Part shown: one piece after another, positions 8,532-20,555 of the stretch | Layout: every line of letters begins with the position of its first letter | Position numbering within the stretch: the stretch's first letter is position 1 | Assembly (NCBI GenBank): GCA_963796685.1 | Contig: CAWCMR010000008.1 | Coordinates: 224,001 to 288,000 of the forward strand | DNA: 64,000 bases | Reading direction: 5' to 3' | From: an uncultured delta proteobacterium | GTDB lineage: Bacteria > Myxococcota_A > Polyangia > Fen-1088 | Notes under the pieces: generated by a model | Databases searched by the model: none | What the model saw: the letters and a program-made list of their open reading frames with translations, nothing else | Told to the model about the DNA's origin: nothing | Translations under genes and position numbers: made by a program

Positions 8532-11500
8532 CTACCACGCGGTGAAGTAGGCCCACGACTGATTGCCGGTCGTGGTCTGGATGCAGTAGCCGCCATTGCG
8601 CGTGGCGGGCAGCGACGACCAGTTGCCGCCGGTACAAGACTCCGTCGTGCCGTTGACCTTCAAGGTCCGCGGGCTGACGAAGTTGCCGCAATTCCCACTA
8701 TGCATGGTGGAAGTCGTTTGGTAGCAGACCGCGCCGGTTCCGAGGTTACCGGATGAGTAGCTGCCATTGACCGTAAAGGTGATGGGGTTCGTGCAAAGTC
8801 CGGTGCACGGCGTGGTTCCAGCGGCGTTGACCGTGATGACGATGTCGTCGGTCCCAGAGAGGGCGCTGTCGTTCGCGGTCAAGCGAAGCGTATAGCTTCC
8901 GGCCGTCGAGAACGTCGCAGTGGTTGCGCGTGCGCTGGCATTGCCGAAGGTCACGGTCCCTGATCCGCTTACTTTCGACCAGGTCGTGGTCACCGTCGCG
9001 GGCGGGCTCGGCAGGCCGTCGTCGGTCACGCTTCCCGACAGGCTGGCCGTGGCGGGCAAGGTGATCGTTTGATCCGGACCGGCGTTCGCCACCGGCGCGT
9101 GGTTCACCGGCGCGGCGTTGACCGTCACCACGATGTCGTCGCTGGCGGAGAGAGCGCTGTCACTCGCGCTCAGGCGAAGTGTGTAGCTGCCTGACGTCGA
9201 GAACGTCGCGGTGGTGGCGCGTGCGCTCGCGTTGCCGAAGGTCACGGTCCCGGGACCGCTGACTTTCGACCAAGTCGTGGTCACGGTTGCGGGCGGGCTC
9301 GGCAGCCCGTCATCGGTCACGCTTCCCGAAAGGCTGGCCGTGGCTGGCAAGGTGATCGTCTGATCCGGACCGGCATTCACCACGGGCGCCTGGTTCGCAG
9401 GCGCGTTGACCGTCACCACGACATCGTCGCTGGCGGACAAGGCACTATCGTTCGCGGTCAGGCGCAGGGTATAGCTCCCTGCCGCCGAGAACGTCGCCGT
9501 CGTGGCCCGCAGACTTGCGTTGCCGAAGGTCACGCTCCCCGGTCCACTCACCATCGACCAGGTCGTGGTCACTGTCGCGGGCGGGCTCGGCAGGCCGTCG
9601 TCGGTCACGCTTCCCGACAGGCTTGCCGCGGCAGGCAAGGTGACGGTCTGATCCTGACCCGCATTCACCACGGGTGGCTGGTTGACCGGTGGCGCTGCGC
9701 TCACCGTGATCACGATATCGTCGCTCGCCGACAGGGCGCTGTCGCTTGCGGTCAGACGAAGCGTGTAGCTGCCCGGCGCCGAGAAGGTCGCGGTGGTGGC
9801 CAGAAGCGCCGGATTGGCGAAGGTCACCGTGCCCGTTCCGCTCACCACCGACCACGTGGTGGTCAAGGTCGCGGGCGGGTTCGGCAAACCGTCGTCACTC
9901 GCCATGCCGGTCAGGCTGGCCTGAGCCGGCAAGGTGATCGCTTGATCGGGTCCCGCGTTGACCACCGGCGGCTGATTGACCGGCGGGCTCGACCCCACCG
10001 TGATGACGACGTCGTCACTGGCCGACAAGGCGCTGTCGCTCGCGGTCAATCGGAGGGTGTAGATCCCCGATGCCGAGAAGGTCGCGGTGGTGGCCGGAAG
10101 CGCCGGATTGGCGAAGGTCACCGTGCCCGTTCCGCTCACCACCGACCACGTGGTGGTCAAGGTCGCGGGCGGGTTCGGCAAACCGTCGTCCGTCGCCGTC
10201 CCCGTCAGGCTGGCGATGGCCGGCAACGTGATCGTCTGGTCAGGGCCGGCGTTGACGACGGGCGCGGTGTTCGCGGGTGGCGTGCCGTTGGGAGGCACGA
10301 AAGCAATCGCCTGCCCGTCGCTGAGCACGGCCTGGTTGTACGCGTACTGCAGAGCCACGGTTCCCGAGCTGTTCTCGATGCCGATGGTTGCCGAGTTGCC
10401 TTGCGCGCGCGGGTCGGTGCCGATGGTGGTGTACTGAAGCGTGACCTGGCCATTCTCGGCGAGAACCACCTCGAACCCGAACAGGGGCGCGGTAGTGTTG
10501 TAGAATCGCACCGTACGCCATTCGATGACGAAGCTGCGGTTCGGTGCCGTGCCTATGAGCCCGGTGCGAACGCTGCCGGTACTGCCATCGACGATAAGAT
10601 CATCCCACAGCGCATAGATGGCGGCGTTGGGGGTCGATGTGGATGGAATGCCGGTGTTGGAATACGACGTGTCCGCGGCGAGGAAGCTCACCAACCCGTT
10701 GGTGGAAACGTATGCCGTGTTGTAGGCCTGACCGTAGAGGGTGAAGGCGAACGGCAGCGTCACCGAGGTCGCGTAGTCGTCGCCCGTCAGCGCAAGCACC
10801 GTGTTGGCGGCAACATAGGCGTAGGCGGTGGCTCGGCACGTATAGCCGAAGCTGTCTTGACGAGCCACGACCGCGAAGTCCAGCGTGGTGTCCGAGCTGA
10901 TCGTCACGTGCAAGGTCTGGCCGGCAAGGCAACCATTGCTGTCCACCGTGACGTCGTATTCCCCCTCGAACACGGCCGCGAAGCTATAGCTACCGTCGGC
11001 GCCGGTGGTGGCGGGCGCAAGCGACGATCCGATAATGGTGACCTTGACATTGGCCACCGCTGCACCCTGGGCATCTCTTACATGACCCGAGAGAGCGTGC
11101 GCGGGGGGCGCTGGGTTCACGGTGATGACGATGTCGTCACTCGTGGACAGGGCACTGTCGCTCGCCGTCAGCCGCAGCGTGTAGGTCCCCGCAACCGAGA
11201 AGGTTGCGGTGGTGGCCAGCGCCGCTGGGTTGGCGAAGGTCACCGTGCCCGGCCCGCTCGCCACGGACCACGTGGTGGTCAAGGTCCCGGGTGGATACGG
11301 CAGGCCGTCGTCGGTTGCGGTCCCGGACAAGCTCGCCGTGGCCGGCAAGGTGATGCTCTGATCCGATCCCGCGTTGACGACAGGGGCCGTGTTCACGGGT
11401 GGCGTGAAGGGCGGCGACACGAAAACAATCGCCTGCCCATCGCTGAGCACGGCCTGGTTGTACGCGTACTGCAGAGCGACCGTTCCCGCGCCGTTCTCGA

Positions 11501-13904
11501 TGCCGATGGTCGCCGAGTTGCCCTGCGCCCGGGCGTCGCTGCCCACGGTAGCGTACTGAAGGGTTACCTGGCCGTTTTCGGAAAGCACCACCTCGAATCC
11601 GATCACCGGAGTCGAGCTGCCGAGGAACTGCACGGAACGCCACTCGATGACGAAGCTGCGATTCGGCGCCGTGCCCACGATCTCGGTGCGAACGCTGCTT
11701 CCGCTTGCCACATTCAGGTCATCCCACAGCGCATAAATGGCGGCGTTGGGGGTCGACGTGGACGGGATGCTGGTGTTGGAGTACGACGTGTCCGCGGCGA
11801 GGAAGTTCACGACCCCGTTGGTGGAAACGTAGGCGGTGCTGTAAGCCTGGCCGTAGAACGTGAAGAGGAACGGCAGCGCCACCGCCACCGCGGAATCGTC
11901 GCCCGACAAAGAGAGCACGGTATTGGCGGCAACATACGCATAGGCTCCGGCTCGGCACGAGTAGCCGAAGGTATCTCGCCGGGCCACCACCGCGAAATCG
12001 AGGGTCGTGTCGGCGTGGATGGTCACGTGCGAGGTCAGCCCAGCGAGGCAGCCGGTGGTGTCCACCTTGACGTCGTATTCTCCGTCGGGCACGGCAGCGA
12101 AGCTGTAGCTGCCGTCTGCACCGGTGGTGGCAGGGGCAAGCGGCGTGCCAAGGATGGTGACCTTGACATTGGCCACCGCCGCCCCCTGGTCGTCTCTCAC
12201 CTGACCGGAGAGCGCGTGCGAGGGGACCGCGACCATGACGAAGCTCTGGACCGTCGCCGCCCCTTCGGTGATCGCCACCTGGTTGGCGGTGGAGCTTTGA
12301 TAGGCGTACAGGCTCGCGGTCACGGTGTAGGAGCCCACCGGCAACGTGATCTGGTAGGCGCCGGTCGCGTCGGTGGTGGCGCTCCGACTGCTGCCCGTAA
12401 CCGTGATGGCCACACCGGCCAGGGGCGCGCCCGTCGACGACGACGTGACCGTGCCTTGCAGCGTGCCGGTAGGACCGCGCGGGGCCTGATCGATGGCCGC
12501 GTAGATGTCCAGCCTTCCCTCGCCCCAAACATTGTTGTTGGCCGCCGTGCCGCCGCAGCTGGTATCGGAGGTGTCCACAGCGGTGAGCGACAGCAGCGCC
12601 TTGGTGGCGGCGATGTCGCCAATCAGCGACGGCGCGGACGACCAGAGCAGGGCGACGGAGCCCGCAACATGGGGCGACGCCATCGATGTGCCACTGAAAC
12701 TGGCATAGCTGTTGCCCGGGATGCTGCTGCGAACGCTCACGCCGGGCGCTGCGATATTCGGCTTGATGATCCCGGCGAACGCCGACGGGCCACGGCTGGA
12801 GAAGCTGGCAATCACGTTGTTGACATCGTAGGCGCCGGCCGAGAAGCTCTCGGGATAGTCGCCCGGCGTGCCCGAGGTGCTGCAGCCCGAGCCCGAGTTG
12901 CCGTTGGAGAACGCGGGAAAGATGCCGGCCGCCACCCAACTCTGCACGATCTGCTGGTACCAGGTGTCCCCACCACCGCCGCCCCACGAGTTGTTGACGA
13001 TGTTGGGACGCAGGTCTGGACGCGGATTCTGGCCGTTGAGGTCGGTGGGGGCCAGGATCCACTGCCCGGCCGCCAGCAGCGAGGAGGTGCTGCAAGAGCT
13101 CAGCTCGCATCCTTTGGCGGCGATCCATTTGGCGTGCGGCGCGACGCCGATGCGGTTGGCGCCCGGAGAACCGTCGTCGCCCACCATGGTCCCCATGGTG
13201 TGCGTGCCGTGGTCGTTGTTGTCGCAGGGAACGAGCGACGGGTTGCCGCAGGTGTTGGACGGGTCGTACCAGTTGTAGTTGTGGTTGAAGGATCCGTCGG
13301 CCTGTCGGCCGCGGTATTGATTCACCAGGGCCGGGTGATCGTACTGCACCCCGGTGTCGACGCTCGCAACGACGATCCCGTCACCGAACGCCCCGAAGCT
13401 CTGCCAGGCATCGGGGGCCCTGATGCTGTTTAGCCCCCATTCCGTACCCTCGACGGGAACCACGTCCGCTGCCGGCAACAGCGGCGGCAGCGGGAAGGAC
13501 TTGTCTTCGACAATCCGAGCCACGTCTGGTCGCTTGGCGATCTCGTCCAAGGTGGCCTGATTCGCCGTCACCTTGATGGTGTTCACGATCCAGAACGGCT
13601 TGTGCTCGACCCCCTTCTGCTTGAGCCAGGCCCGCAGGCTCGCCTGATGGACGTCGGCATGGTTCCGGAGACCCTCGTGCACCGCCTTGCCTCGCGCCTT
13701 CCAGTCCTTAAGGCCACGGGCCTGTGTCAGGTCGGCCTGATCCTTCATCAACACCCACGCGGTGATCTTGTCCTTGTCTTTGCCGCCGACATCGCCTGCG
13801 GTCAGATTTTCCGTCGACGACTCGACCGGCGTCGGACTTGTCTTGTTACAAGAGGCCAGGACCAGGAGCCCGAGAGCGACGAACCGAAATTTGGTCTTCT
13901 TCAT
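8532..13904 (-). CDS. Large S8 (subtilisin/bacillopeptidase F-like) serine protease lipoprotein with carboxypeptidase-regulatory-like and PKD-like repeats
   Basis: Lipobox LASC; catalytic motifs [12 protein letters not shown] and [11 protein letters not shown]; six NxxPVVNAGxDQTITLP repeats; GGAGGT RBS before ATG 13904. Confidence 0.92.
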   Translation of the reverse strand: MKKTKFRFVALGLLVLASCNKTSPTPVESSTENLTAGDVGGKDKDKITAWVLMKDQADLTQARGLKDWKARGKAVHEGLRNHADVHQASLRAWLKQKGVEHKPFWIVNTIKVTANQATLDEIAKRPDVARIVEDKSFPLPPLLPAADVVPVEGTEWGLNSIRAPDAWQSFGAFGDGIVVASVDTGVQYDHPALVNQYRGRQADGSFNHNYNWYDPSNTCGNPSLVPCDNNDHGTHTMGTMVGDDGSPGANRIGVAPHAKWIAAKGCELSSCSTSSLLAAGQWILAPTDLNGQNPRPDLRPNIVNNSWGGGGGDTWYQQIVQSWVAAGIFPAFSNGNSGSGCSTSGTPGDYPESFSAGAYDVNNVIASFSSRGPSAFAGIIKPNIAAPGVSVRSSIPGNSYASFSGTSMASPHVAGSVALLWSSAPSLIGDIAATKALLSLTAVDTSDTSCGGTAANNNVWGEGRLDIYAAIDQAPRGPTGTLQGTVTSSSTGAPLAGVAITVTGSSRSATTDATGAYQITLPVGSYTVTASLYAYQSSTANQVAITEGAATVQSFVMVAVPSHALSGQVRDDQGAAVANVKVTILGTPLAPATTGADGSYSFAAVPDGEYDVKVDTTGCLAGLTSHVTIHADTTLDFAVVARRDTFGYSCRAGAYAYVAANTVLSLSGDDSAVAVALPFLFTFYGQAYSTAYVSTNGVVNFLAADTSYSNTSIPSTSTPNAAIYALWDDLNVASGSSVRTEIVGTAPNRSFVIEWRSVQFLGSSTPVIGFEVVLSENGQVTLQYATVGSDARAQGNSATIGIENGAGTVALQYAYNQAVLSDGQAIVFVSPPFTPPVNTAPVVNAGSDQSITLPATASLSGTATDDGLPYPPGTLTTTWSVASGPGTVTFANPAALATTATFSVAGTYTLRLTASDSALSTSDDIVITVNPAPPAHALSGHVRDAQGAAVANVKVTIIGSSLAPATTGADGSYSFAAVFEGEYDVTVDSNGCLAGQTLHVTISSDTTLDFAVVARQDSFGYTCRATAYAYVAANTVLALTGDDYATSVTLPFAFTLYGQAYNTAYVSTNGLVSFLAADTSYSNTGIPSTSTPNAAIYALWDDLIVDGSTGSVRTGLIGTAPNRSFVIEWRTVRFYNTTAPLFGFEVVLAENGQVTLQYTTIGTDPRAQGNSATIGIENSSGTVALQYAYNQAVLSDGQAIAFVPPNGTPPANTAPVVNAGPDQTITLPAIASLTGTATDDGLPNPPATLTTTWSVVSGTGTVTFANPALPATTATFSASGIYTLRLTASDSALSASDDVVITVGSSPPVNQPPVVNAGPDQAITLPAQASLTGMASDDGLPNPPATLTTTWSVVSGTGTVTFANPALLATTATFSAPGSYTLRLTASDSALSASDDIVITVSAAPPVNQPPVVNAGQDQTVTLPAAASLSGSVTDDGLPSPPATVTTTWSMVSGPGSVTFGNASLRATTATFSAAGSYTLRLTANDSALSASDDVVVTVNAPANQAPVVNAGPDQTITLPATASLSGSVTDDGLPSPPATVTTTWSKVSGPGTVTFGNASARATTATFSTSGSYTLRLSASDSALSASDDIVVTVNAAPVNHAPVANAGPDQTITLPATASLSGSVTDDGLPSPPATVTTTWSKVSGSGTVTFGNASARATTATFSTAGSYTLRLTANDSALSGTDDIVITVNAAGTTPCTGLCTNPITFTVNGSYSSGNLGTGAVCYQTTSTMHSGNCGNFVSPRTLKVNGTTESCTGGNWSSLPATRNGGYCIQTTTGNQSWAYFTAW
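8830..12218 (-). repeat. Intragenic repeats: a duplicated block of about 1119 bp plus tandem PKD-like units of about 290 bp
   Basis: HALSG(Q/H)VRD begins at 12218 and again at 11099. Five PKD-like units lie in tandem at about 8830-10270 and a sixth near 11110-11395. Confidence 0.85.
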
Positions 13905-14184
13905 CGATACACCTCCACGAATTCGCGAACTGCTATTGGGGGACAGTCTCCACGACGGTGACACAACAGGTCATCAGCGCGATGCTGCACCATCCCCTAA
14001 GAAAGGCAAGAGGCGACTTGGCGCGTACTGACTTTTGATGGGATGCCGTGTGGTCCGCGTCACCTGGGCTTGGTTGCGAAGACGGAGGCGATCGAAAATG
14101 CTCGGCCGGCAGACGGAGCCTGCACGCTCTCCGACGAGAATTCGCAGAACCGATCGTAGTCCGTAAACATCCTATGGATACCCC

Positions 14185-16861
14185 TTGTCAACGTATCGAG
14201 AACCGGAACAAAGCTTCGACGAGCACGTCGCCACCCGCTACCGGCTCTATTCCGGCCTTCTACTCGGCCTGCCTTACAACCTGCTGCAACGGGTGGGGAG
14301 GCTCTTGCCGGTTTTTACCGAGCACTGTCGCAAAGGCCTGCAACAGAAGGAGTCGCCCAGCGCCATCGTGGAGAGGTTCTTCGCGGAGAACCCCGCGCTC
14401 ACGGATGTCTCGCAGAGCGATGCGATCTTTCTCTTCCTGCAACTCATCGAGCGCCAGGTCGTACTGTTCGACGCCCTCGAGGACGCATCCTTCGGCCAAA
14501 CCCACGACCTCGACGCGCCGGGAAGCGTGTCCCAGATCGTCGAGGAGATCTTTCGCGACGACCGCCGCGCGGATCTGGCGAAACTCCTGGACCAAACCGC
14601 CACGCGCATCGTGCTGACCGCGCATCCCACGCAATTCTATCCGGACACGGTCCAGGAAATCATTCACGATCTCCGCTCGGCCCTGAGCCGCAACGCCCCG
14701 GCAGAGGTGGAGAGGCTACTCCTCCAACTTGGCAAGACGCGCTTTTCCAACCACGAGCGTCCGACACCCGTGGACGAGGCACGCAGTGTCCTGCGCTCCC
14801 TCGAAGACGTGTTCTATCCCGTGCTCTCGGGCATCGCCGCGCGCATGCTGGTCGTAGCGCACCGTCGCGCACGGCTGCCAGAGCACCTGCCGAAGCGTCC
14901 CAACATTCAGATCGGCTTTTGGCCGGGCGGCGACCGCGATGGCAATCCCTTCGTCACCGCCGCGGTCACCCGCGAAGTCGCGCGCCTGCTCAAGGAGCGG
15001 GTGCTCGAGCAACACCACGCCACCGCGGTCGCGCTGGCCCGGCGCCTGACCTTCGAAGGCGTCCACAGCAAGATCCAAGGTATTGTCGCCCGCTTGCGCT
15101 CGACGTGGCTTCACGCTGCCGACATCGGTCGCAACGGAGCCGGTGGCCATGCCGTGGCTGGCAGCACGCCCTATGCCACGGTGACGGAGCTGCAGTCCGA
15201 GCTACTCCAGCTGCGCAAGCTCATCGTTCGCGATCACCAGAGTCTGTTTTTGGACGAGCTCGACGATCTCATCGTCAAAGTCCACCTCTTCGGATTCCAC
15301 TTCGCCTCGCTCGATTTGCGCCAGAGCAGCGATGTCTTCTTCTCGAGTCTGCGTGAGATCGCGGAGGGCATGGGCGAGACCAACGCCTTCTCGGCATCCG
15401 ACCGTCTCGCCTTGACCAGGGCCGAGTCTGCCCAGCAGGTCCCGTTCGACGTGCTGGAGCGCCTTCTCGGCCTGGTCGAGCCCTTGTCCGCAGAAGCCGT
15501 CGCCCGCCTCTCGCCTCTTGCCAAGGACACCTTGGAAGTTCTTGGCCTGGTACCGAAAATCCAGGAGAGCAACGGCGAGCTCGGGCTCCATCGCGTGATC
15601 ATCAGCCACACCCGCGGACCCGAGGATCCCATGGTGGTGCTCGTGCTGGCGCGATTGGCGGGTCTTTTGCCGTCGGCCGGGCGCTTGGATATCGTGCCCT
15701 TGTTCGAGTCCATCGACGATCTGGAGCACGCCGAGGCCATCATGGGACGACTTCTGCAATCTCCCGCCTACCGCGAGGTCCTCGATGCACGCGAACAGCG
15801 GCAGGTGGTCATGCTGGGGTTCTCGGACGGCACCAAGGATGGCGGGTATCTCACCGCCAACTGGAGCATTCGCCGGGCCAAGCGTCGCCTGACCAAACTC
15901 GGGCGCAGCCAGGGCGTGCGCATGATCTTCTTCGACGGACGCGGCGGACCGCCGGCGCGCGGCGGCGGCAACACGCATCGCTTCTACCGTTCGCGGGACT
16001 CCCTGATCGAGCAGTGGGAAACCCAGACTGACCATCCAGGGCCAAACCATCAGCAGCAATTTCGGAAGCCCCGAAATGGCTTGCTACCATGTGGAACAAC
16101 TCTTCACCGCGAACATCGAGAACCACTTGTCTCCGACCCAAGGCGAGGATCCCGCGCCGGAATTTGGGCCCCTGATGGACGAGCTGTCGAGCTTGTCCTT
16201 CGAGGCCTACCGCAAGTTGCGCGACAACCCGGCCCTCATCACCTTTCTGGCCGAATGCAGTCCCCTGCCACTTTTCGACCACCTGACCAACGCAAGCCGG
16301 CCGGTAAGCCGTCGCGCCTCGCAGACCCTCGATTTGGAAAGCCTACGCGCCATCCCCCTGGTCGCGACCTGGAGCGTGCTCAAGATCCAGATCTCCGGTT
16401 TTTACGGGCTTGGCTCGGCCCTGGAACAAGTCATCGACTCGGGCCGCGAGGAGGAGCTGCAGCGGCTGTACCGCCACTCGCGCTTTTTCCGCGCCCTGGT
16501 CGACAACACAGCCATGAGCGTCATCAAATCCCGTTTCGATATCACCGCGCACCTCGAGCGTGACGAGCGATTCCGAACGCTCTGGGGGCAGATCCACGAT
16601 GAAGCCGTGCGCGTCGAGCGAAGCATCCTGCGTATCACCCGACAGCCGTGGCTGCTGGCGAATGACCCCCTCGTCAGGGCCAGCATCCGCTACCGCGAGG
16701 AAATCATCCTACCCTTGTTGGTCATCGTTCACGATGCCTTCGCCCGCTACAACGCCAATCTGCGCGCGGGTAGCGCGGGCACGGAACGGGCGGTGCTGGC
16801 TCGGCGAATGGCTTTGAAGGGCATCGCCGCGGTCATCAACGCCACCCGCAACGCCGCCTAG
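14185..16861 (+). CDS. ppc: Phosphoenolpyruvate carboxylase, frameshift at about 16027
   Basis: VLTAHPTQ, FWPGGDRDGNPFV, VPLFESIDDL, QVVMLGFSDGTKDGGY, FFDGRGGPPARGG; in the shifted frame LTIQGQTIS, LRAIP and a C-terminal TRNAA. Confidence 0.92.
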
Positions 16862-16971
16862 CCCCAAACCTGCCCGCACACGAAAGTATTGAAGGTTTGC
16901 CGCACTCCGGATTAGTCTCGCTTTGCGCAGCGCGAACACACTGCGTGAACAGCAACCAGGAGAGGTGAAGA

Positions 16972-18272
16972 ATGGTCCGTTCCAGCCGCTGCACGTATAT
17001 TCTCGCAAGCACAGGTGCCTTGATGTTCGCTGCCGGTTGTTGCCATTGCCCGGCGCCGGCGCCCATGGCCCAGCCACCCCGCCCCATGGTCTACGCACCC
17101 GCGCCGGTCCCCGTGCCCGCGCCCGCTCCGGTCGTTACACCCCCGCCGGCCGAGGCCGCGCCCGCATCGACGGCGACCATCGTGCTCAAGGACGCCGGAC
17201 TGCAGACACCCGAGTGCGCCTTGTGGGATCCCGATCAGGATATCTACTTCCTCAGCAACATCAACGGCGATCCAACGGCCGTGGACAAAAATGGATTCAT
17301 CTCGAAGATCAGCCCGGAGGGCAAGGTCATCGAGCTCAAGTTCATCGAAAGCGGCAAGAAGGGCGCCGAATTGAACGCGCCCAAGGGCATGGCCATCGCG
17401 GGCAACATTCTTTACGTGGCCGATCTGGACGTGGTTCGCAGGTTCGACCGCAAGTCAGGCAAGCCCAGGGGCAAGATTGCGATCAAAGGCTCCGTCTTTC
17501 TCAATGCCCTGACCGTCTCGCCCGATGGCAAGGTGCTGTACGTTTCGGACAGCGCGGTCAAGATCAACGCGGGCGGCTTCACGGGCACGGGCGGCGACGC
17601 CATTTTCGAAATCGATCTCAAGAAGCGCTCCGTGCGACCGCTCATCCAGAACAAGGCGTTGCACTGGCCGAACGGCGTGCTCGCAGACGACACCGGCATC
17701 TGGTCGGTCTCGCTGGGCGCGAACGAGTCGTTCACGTCAGCTACAAGGGCGAGCTCGGCTCGGTCACCAAGCTTCCCAAGGGCGCTCTCGACGGTATCGT
17801 CCGTCTCGCCGACAATTCGCTCTTGATTTCGAGCTGGGATGCATCCGCCGTCTATCGCGGCCTGCCCGGTGGCGAGTTCAAGGAGATCATTTCCGGCGTG
17901 ACCTCGCCGGCGGCCATCGGACTCGACAGCAAGCGACGCGCGGTGCTCATCCCGATCTTCATGGCATCGGCCTTCGAGATTCACCCCTTGCCCGTGCTGC
18001 CCCTGCTCGATCCTCCGGTGCCACCGGCGCCCGTCGCAAAGCCCGAGGCCGCACCGGCCCCCGTTGCCTCACCGGTGCCTGCCCGGCCCGCTTCACCAAC
18101 GGCGATGGCAGCGGCCCCCGTGCGCGCAACGGCGCCGGCCCCCGTGCCAGCGCCTGCACCAGCCGCCGCACCGGCACCCGCCGCCGTGCCAGCGCCCGCC
18201 GCCGTGCCAGCGCCGGCACCAGCTCCGGCCCCCGCGGCTCCGAGTGGCCCGCGCCCGGCGCGCTGGCAGTAG
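16972..18272 (+). CDS. SMP-30/gluconolactonase-like beta-propeller lipoprotein with Pro/Ala-rich ends, frameshift at about 17727
   Basis: GLQTPECALWDPDQDIYFLSNING...NGFISKISPEG...LNAPKGMAI...WPNGV, continuing in the other frame as LPKGALDGIV..LLISSWD..SPAAIGLD. Confidence 0.75.
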
Positions 18273-18445
18273 GGTCGTCGACGTCCCGTATACCTCTCGG
18301 TGCGGCCTAGGGTGATGAAGGCCGCACTGCTGGCCCTGGCCTTCGTTTGTGCGACCAGCGCCTCCGACGAAACGTGTTGCGCGTCCTGCCTGACAAGGTC
18401 GACCTGGCATCCCTGCAAGCGATCTACGGCGAAGTCCTCTACAAC

Positions 18446-19003
18446 TCAAATGAACAGCGTGGCCTTGCTCGATCCTGCCTGGCCGAGGAACGACCCGACG
18501 CCAGCGAATTTGAGACCGGGGTAATCGATGAGCTCTTCATGCTTCATGCCCATGAGATTCATGCTCATTTCGCACACGTAGATTTCCACGCCAGACTCAC
18601 CGGCGGTCTTGATGAGCTGTTCAAGCGACATCACGTTCTTCTTCTTCATGAGGCCTTTGAGCATCGCGGTGCCCATGCCTGCCATGTGCATCTGCGAGAG
18701 TTTCAGGTTCGGCGCGCCCTTGGGCAGCATCTTGCCGAACATGCGGCCCATCATGTCCTTCTTGACCGGCCCCTTCTTGGGATCGCGCAAGGCGGCCGTG
18801 GCCCAGAAGGTGAAGAACATCGTCACCTTCTCGAACATGGCCGCCGCGCCGGTGGCGATGATGAAGGCCGCCAGCATGCTGTCGAGGTCGCCGCTCATCA
18901 CCACCATGCTGAATTTGTCCTCGGGGGCGTTGGCTTTGATGGTCTCGAGCTCGGACTCGAGGGCTTCTACGCGAGATTTCAGGGACGCGAGCTCATCGGA
19001 CAT
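18446..19003 (-). CDS. DsrE2/DsrE-like sulfur-relay (peroxiredoxin-like) protein
   Basis: VMSGDLD..AAFIIATGAAAM..VTMFFTFW..LSQMHMAGMG..YVCEMSMNLMG. Confidence 0.88.
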   Translation of the reverse strand: MSDELASLKSRVEALESELETIKANAPEDKFSMVVMSGDLDSMLAAFIIATGAAAMFEKVTMFFTFWATAALRDPKKGPVKKDMMGRMFGKMLPKGAPNLKLSQMHMAGMGTAMLKGLMKKKNVMSLEQLIKTAGESGVEIYVCEMSMNLMGMKHEELIDYPGLKFAGVGSFLGQAGSSKATLFI

Positions 19004-19033
19004 GGGTTCTCCAGGGTGATGGGGTGGTCGGAA

Positions 19034-20254
19034 TCAGGGCAGCGAGGCCACTCTCTCGGTCGAGCATCCGGGACGAGGCACGACTTCGACCGCGGGGTCG
19101 CGGCGCATGTGCATGAAGAGAAGAGCGAGCGGGCGGCCCACCGCATGGAAGAGCTTGGTCGCGCCCATGAGCAGCACCAGCTCCATGGCCATCACGGAGT
19201 GGACCAGCAGGATCCAATCATTGACCGGGGCCTGGATGGCGAAGGTGACGGCGATTTCGATCCAGAACCCGGTCACGGCAAGCAGGAACAGCAAGATCAG
19301 CAACCAAGCATCGGCGGCCCGGGTGGTGGCCGCGCTCGGACCATCGCGACGAAGGCGACGAACGATGGCCAGCAGCACGCCGACAAGCAGGGCAAGACCG
19401 GCCCCGGTGCCCAGCACCCGCGCCGGCCAAAACACCGCCAGATGAAGCGTGTCCTTCAGCAGGTAGAGAACCACCAGGTCGAGGGTGGTGGCCAAGAGGA
19501 GTCCGGCGAAGCCACCCAGGATCAACATGTGAATGAACCAGGGGTTGCGTAGCCAGCCCAGCCCCTTGGGGCTTGACTCCGACCGCTGCCGCCGCATGGT
19601 CGCTACGTCCACAAGGGTGTTTCGCAGCGCCGCCAGAAGACTCGTCCGTGTGGCAGGGTCTTTCTGCAAAAGACGCTTTCGTCGCGGCCTGACGAAGCGA
19701 AAAAGCGAGACGGCCAAAGATAGGGTCAGCAACCCGCCGACTGCGATGCCCACGGCGTGAATCGTGCCGTAGGCAACCAGCGCCCGGAACGGCCAGCTGT
19801 CGACGCCGGCTTCAAATCCTTCTTGTGCCCCCACCTTGATACGCAGAAGGAAAAGCCCCAGCACCATTGCGATGCCGAGCGTCACCAAGATCGGTCCCAC
19901 CACGCCCCGGAGCATGAGCTTTCCGATGCCGGTAGGTTCGAGACGCGCAACCGTCCAGCGACGAACCGCGGCCATGTATTCGCCGGGGTCGGCCTGGCGC
20001 GGACAGGTTTGCGTACACTCGCCGCAGTGGTGGCACAGCCAGGGCTCGTCGCTGGCCAGCAGCTCTTGCGCGCGCCCCAGCTGACCCAAGCGAATGGCCC
20101 GGCGGGGAAAGCTCTCGGCTCCCTCGGACAAGGGGCAAACGGCCGAGCAATTGCCGCAATTGAAGCAGGCCGAGATGTCGACGGCACCGTAGCGTGCGAT
20201 GTCGCGCAGAAGACCGGGTCTGACCAGGGGAGCGTTCACGGTTGACTCCTTCAT
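19034..20254 (-). CDS. QmoC/HdrC-like 2x[4Fe-4S] protein fused to a cytochrome-b-type membrane domain
   Basis: CFNCGNCSAVCP and CHHCGECTQTCP, followed by about 6 TM helices with candidate heme His residues (FIHML, LVHSV, LFHAV). Confidence 0.8.
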   Translation of the reverse strand: MKESTVNAPLVRPGLLRDIARYGAVDISACFNCGNCSAVCPLSEGAESFPRRAIRLGQLGRAQELLASDEPWLCHHCGECTQTCPRQADPGEYMAAVRRWTVARLEPTGIGKLMLRGVVGPILVTLGIAMVLGLFLLRIKVGAQEGFEAGVDSWPFRALVAYGTIHAVGIAVGGLLTLSLAVSLFRFVRPRRKRLLQKDPATRTSLLAALRNTLVDVATMRRQRSESSPKGLGWLRNPWFIHMLILGGFAGLLLATTLDLVVLYLLKDTLHLAVFWPARVLGTGAGLALLVGVLLAIVRRLRRDGPSAATTRAADAWLLILLFLLAVTGFWIEIAVTFAIQAPVNDWILLVHSVMAMELVLLMGATKLFHAVGRPLALLFMHMRRDPAVEVVPRPGCSTERVASLP

Positions 20255-20257
20255 CCC

Positions 20258-20545
20258 TTACTTGCGCGTATAGGCGATGTAGTCGCCTTGCTTGGGGCCA
20301 TCGGCCACTTCGTTGTATTTCCGCAGCGCCGCCACCTGCCACAGAACCAAACGAGCGTCGGCGCCAAGCTCGGCCGCCAGCTCGGGCACCGTCCTCGGGC
20401 CCTTGGCCAAGGTATCGAGCACGGCCTTGCGCAGACGCATGCGCTCCTTGCGCTCGGCTGCGTGCGCGTCGGACGGTTTTCCGTGCAGCTCACGCGCGCT
20501 CTGCAGCTCTCGTTTGTAGCGCTCGGACATGGCCTTCTCGGTCAT
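20258..20545 (-). CDS. Small winged-helix protein within the Hdr-like operon
   Basis: KAVLDTLAKGPRTVPELAAELGADARLVLWQVAALRKY..DYIAY; GAGGAGG RBS before ATG 20545. Confidence 0.7.
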   Translation of the reverse strand: MTEKAMSERYKRELQSARELHGKPSDAHAAERKERMRLRKAVLDTLAKGPRTVPELAAELGADARLVLWQVAALRKYNEVADGPKQGDYIAYTRK

Positions 20546-20555
20546 CGCGCCCTCC

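Noticed and set aside
8830-10270. Regularly spaced repeats as a possible CRISPR array
   Set aside because: The units are about 290-bp in-frame protein domain repeats with no unique spacers, and no cas genes are present.
9942-13433. 1163-aa ORF on the + strand, and many other long Arg/Gly/Val-rich ORFs in the track
   Set aside because: Antisense or alternative-frame shadows of real genes in high-GC DNA, with no recognisable motifs.
14185-16861. Programmed frameshifting or true pseudogenisation of ppc, czcA, vapC and others
   Set aside because: There are no slippery sequences and no further decay; the shared AGCT context favours sequencing error.
18273-18445. Signal-peptide-like stretch MKAALLALAFVCATSA and a nearby coding-like frame
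   Set aside because: Possibly a gene remnant, but it is too short, runs into dsrE2 and cannot be identified.
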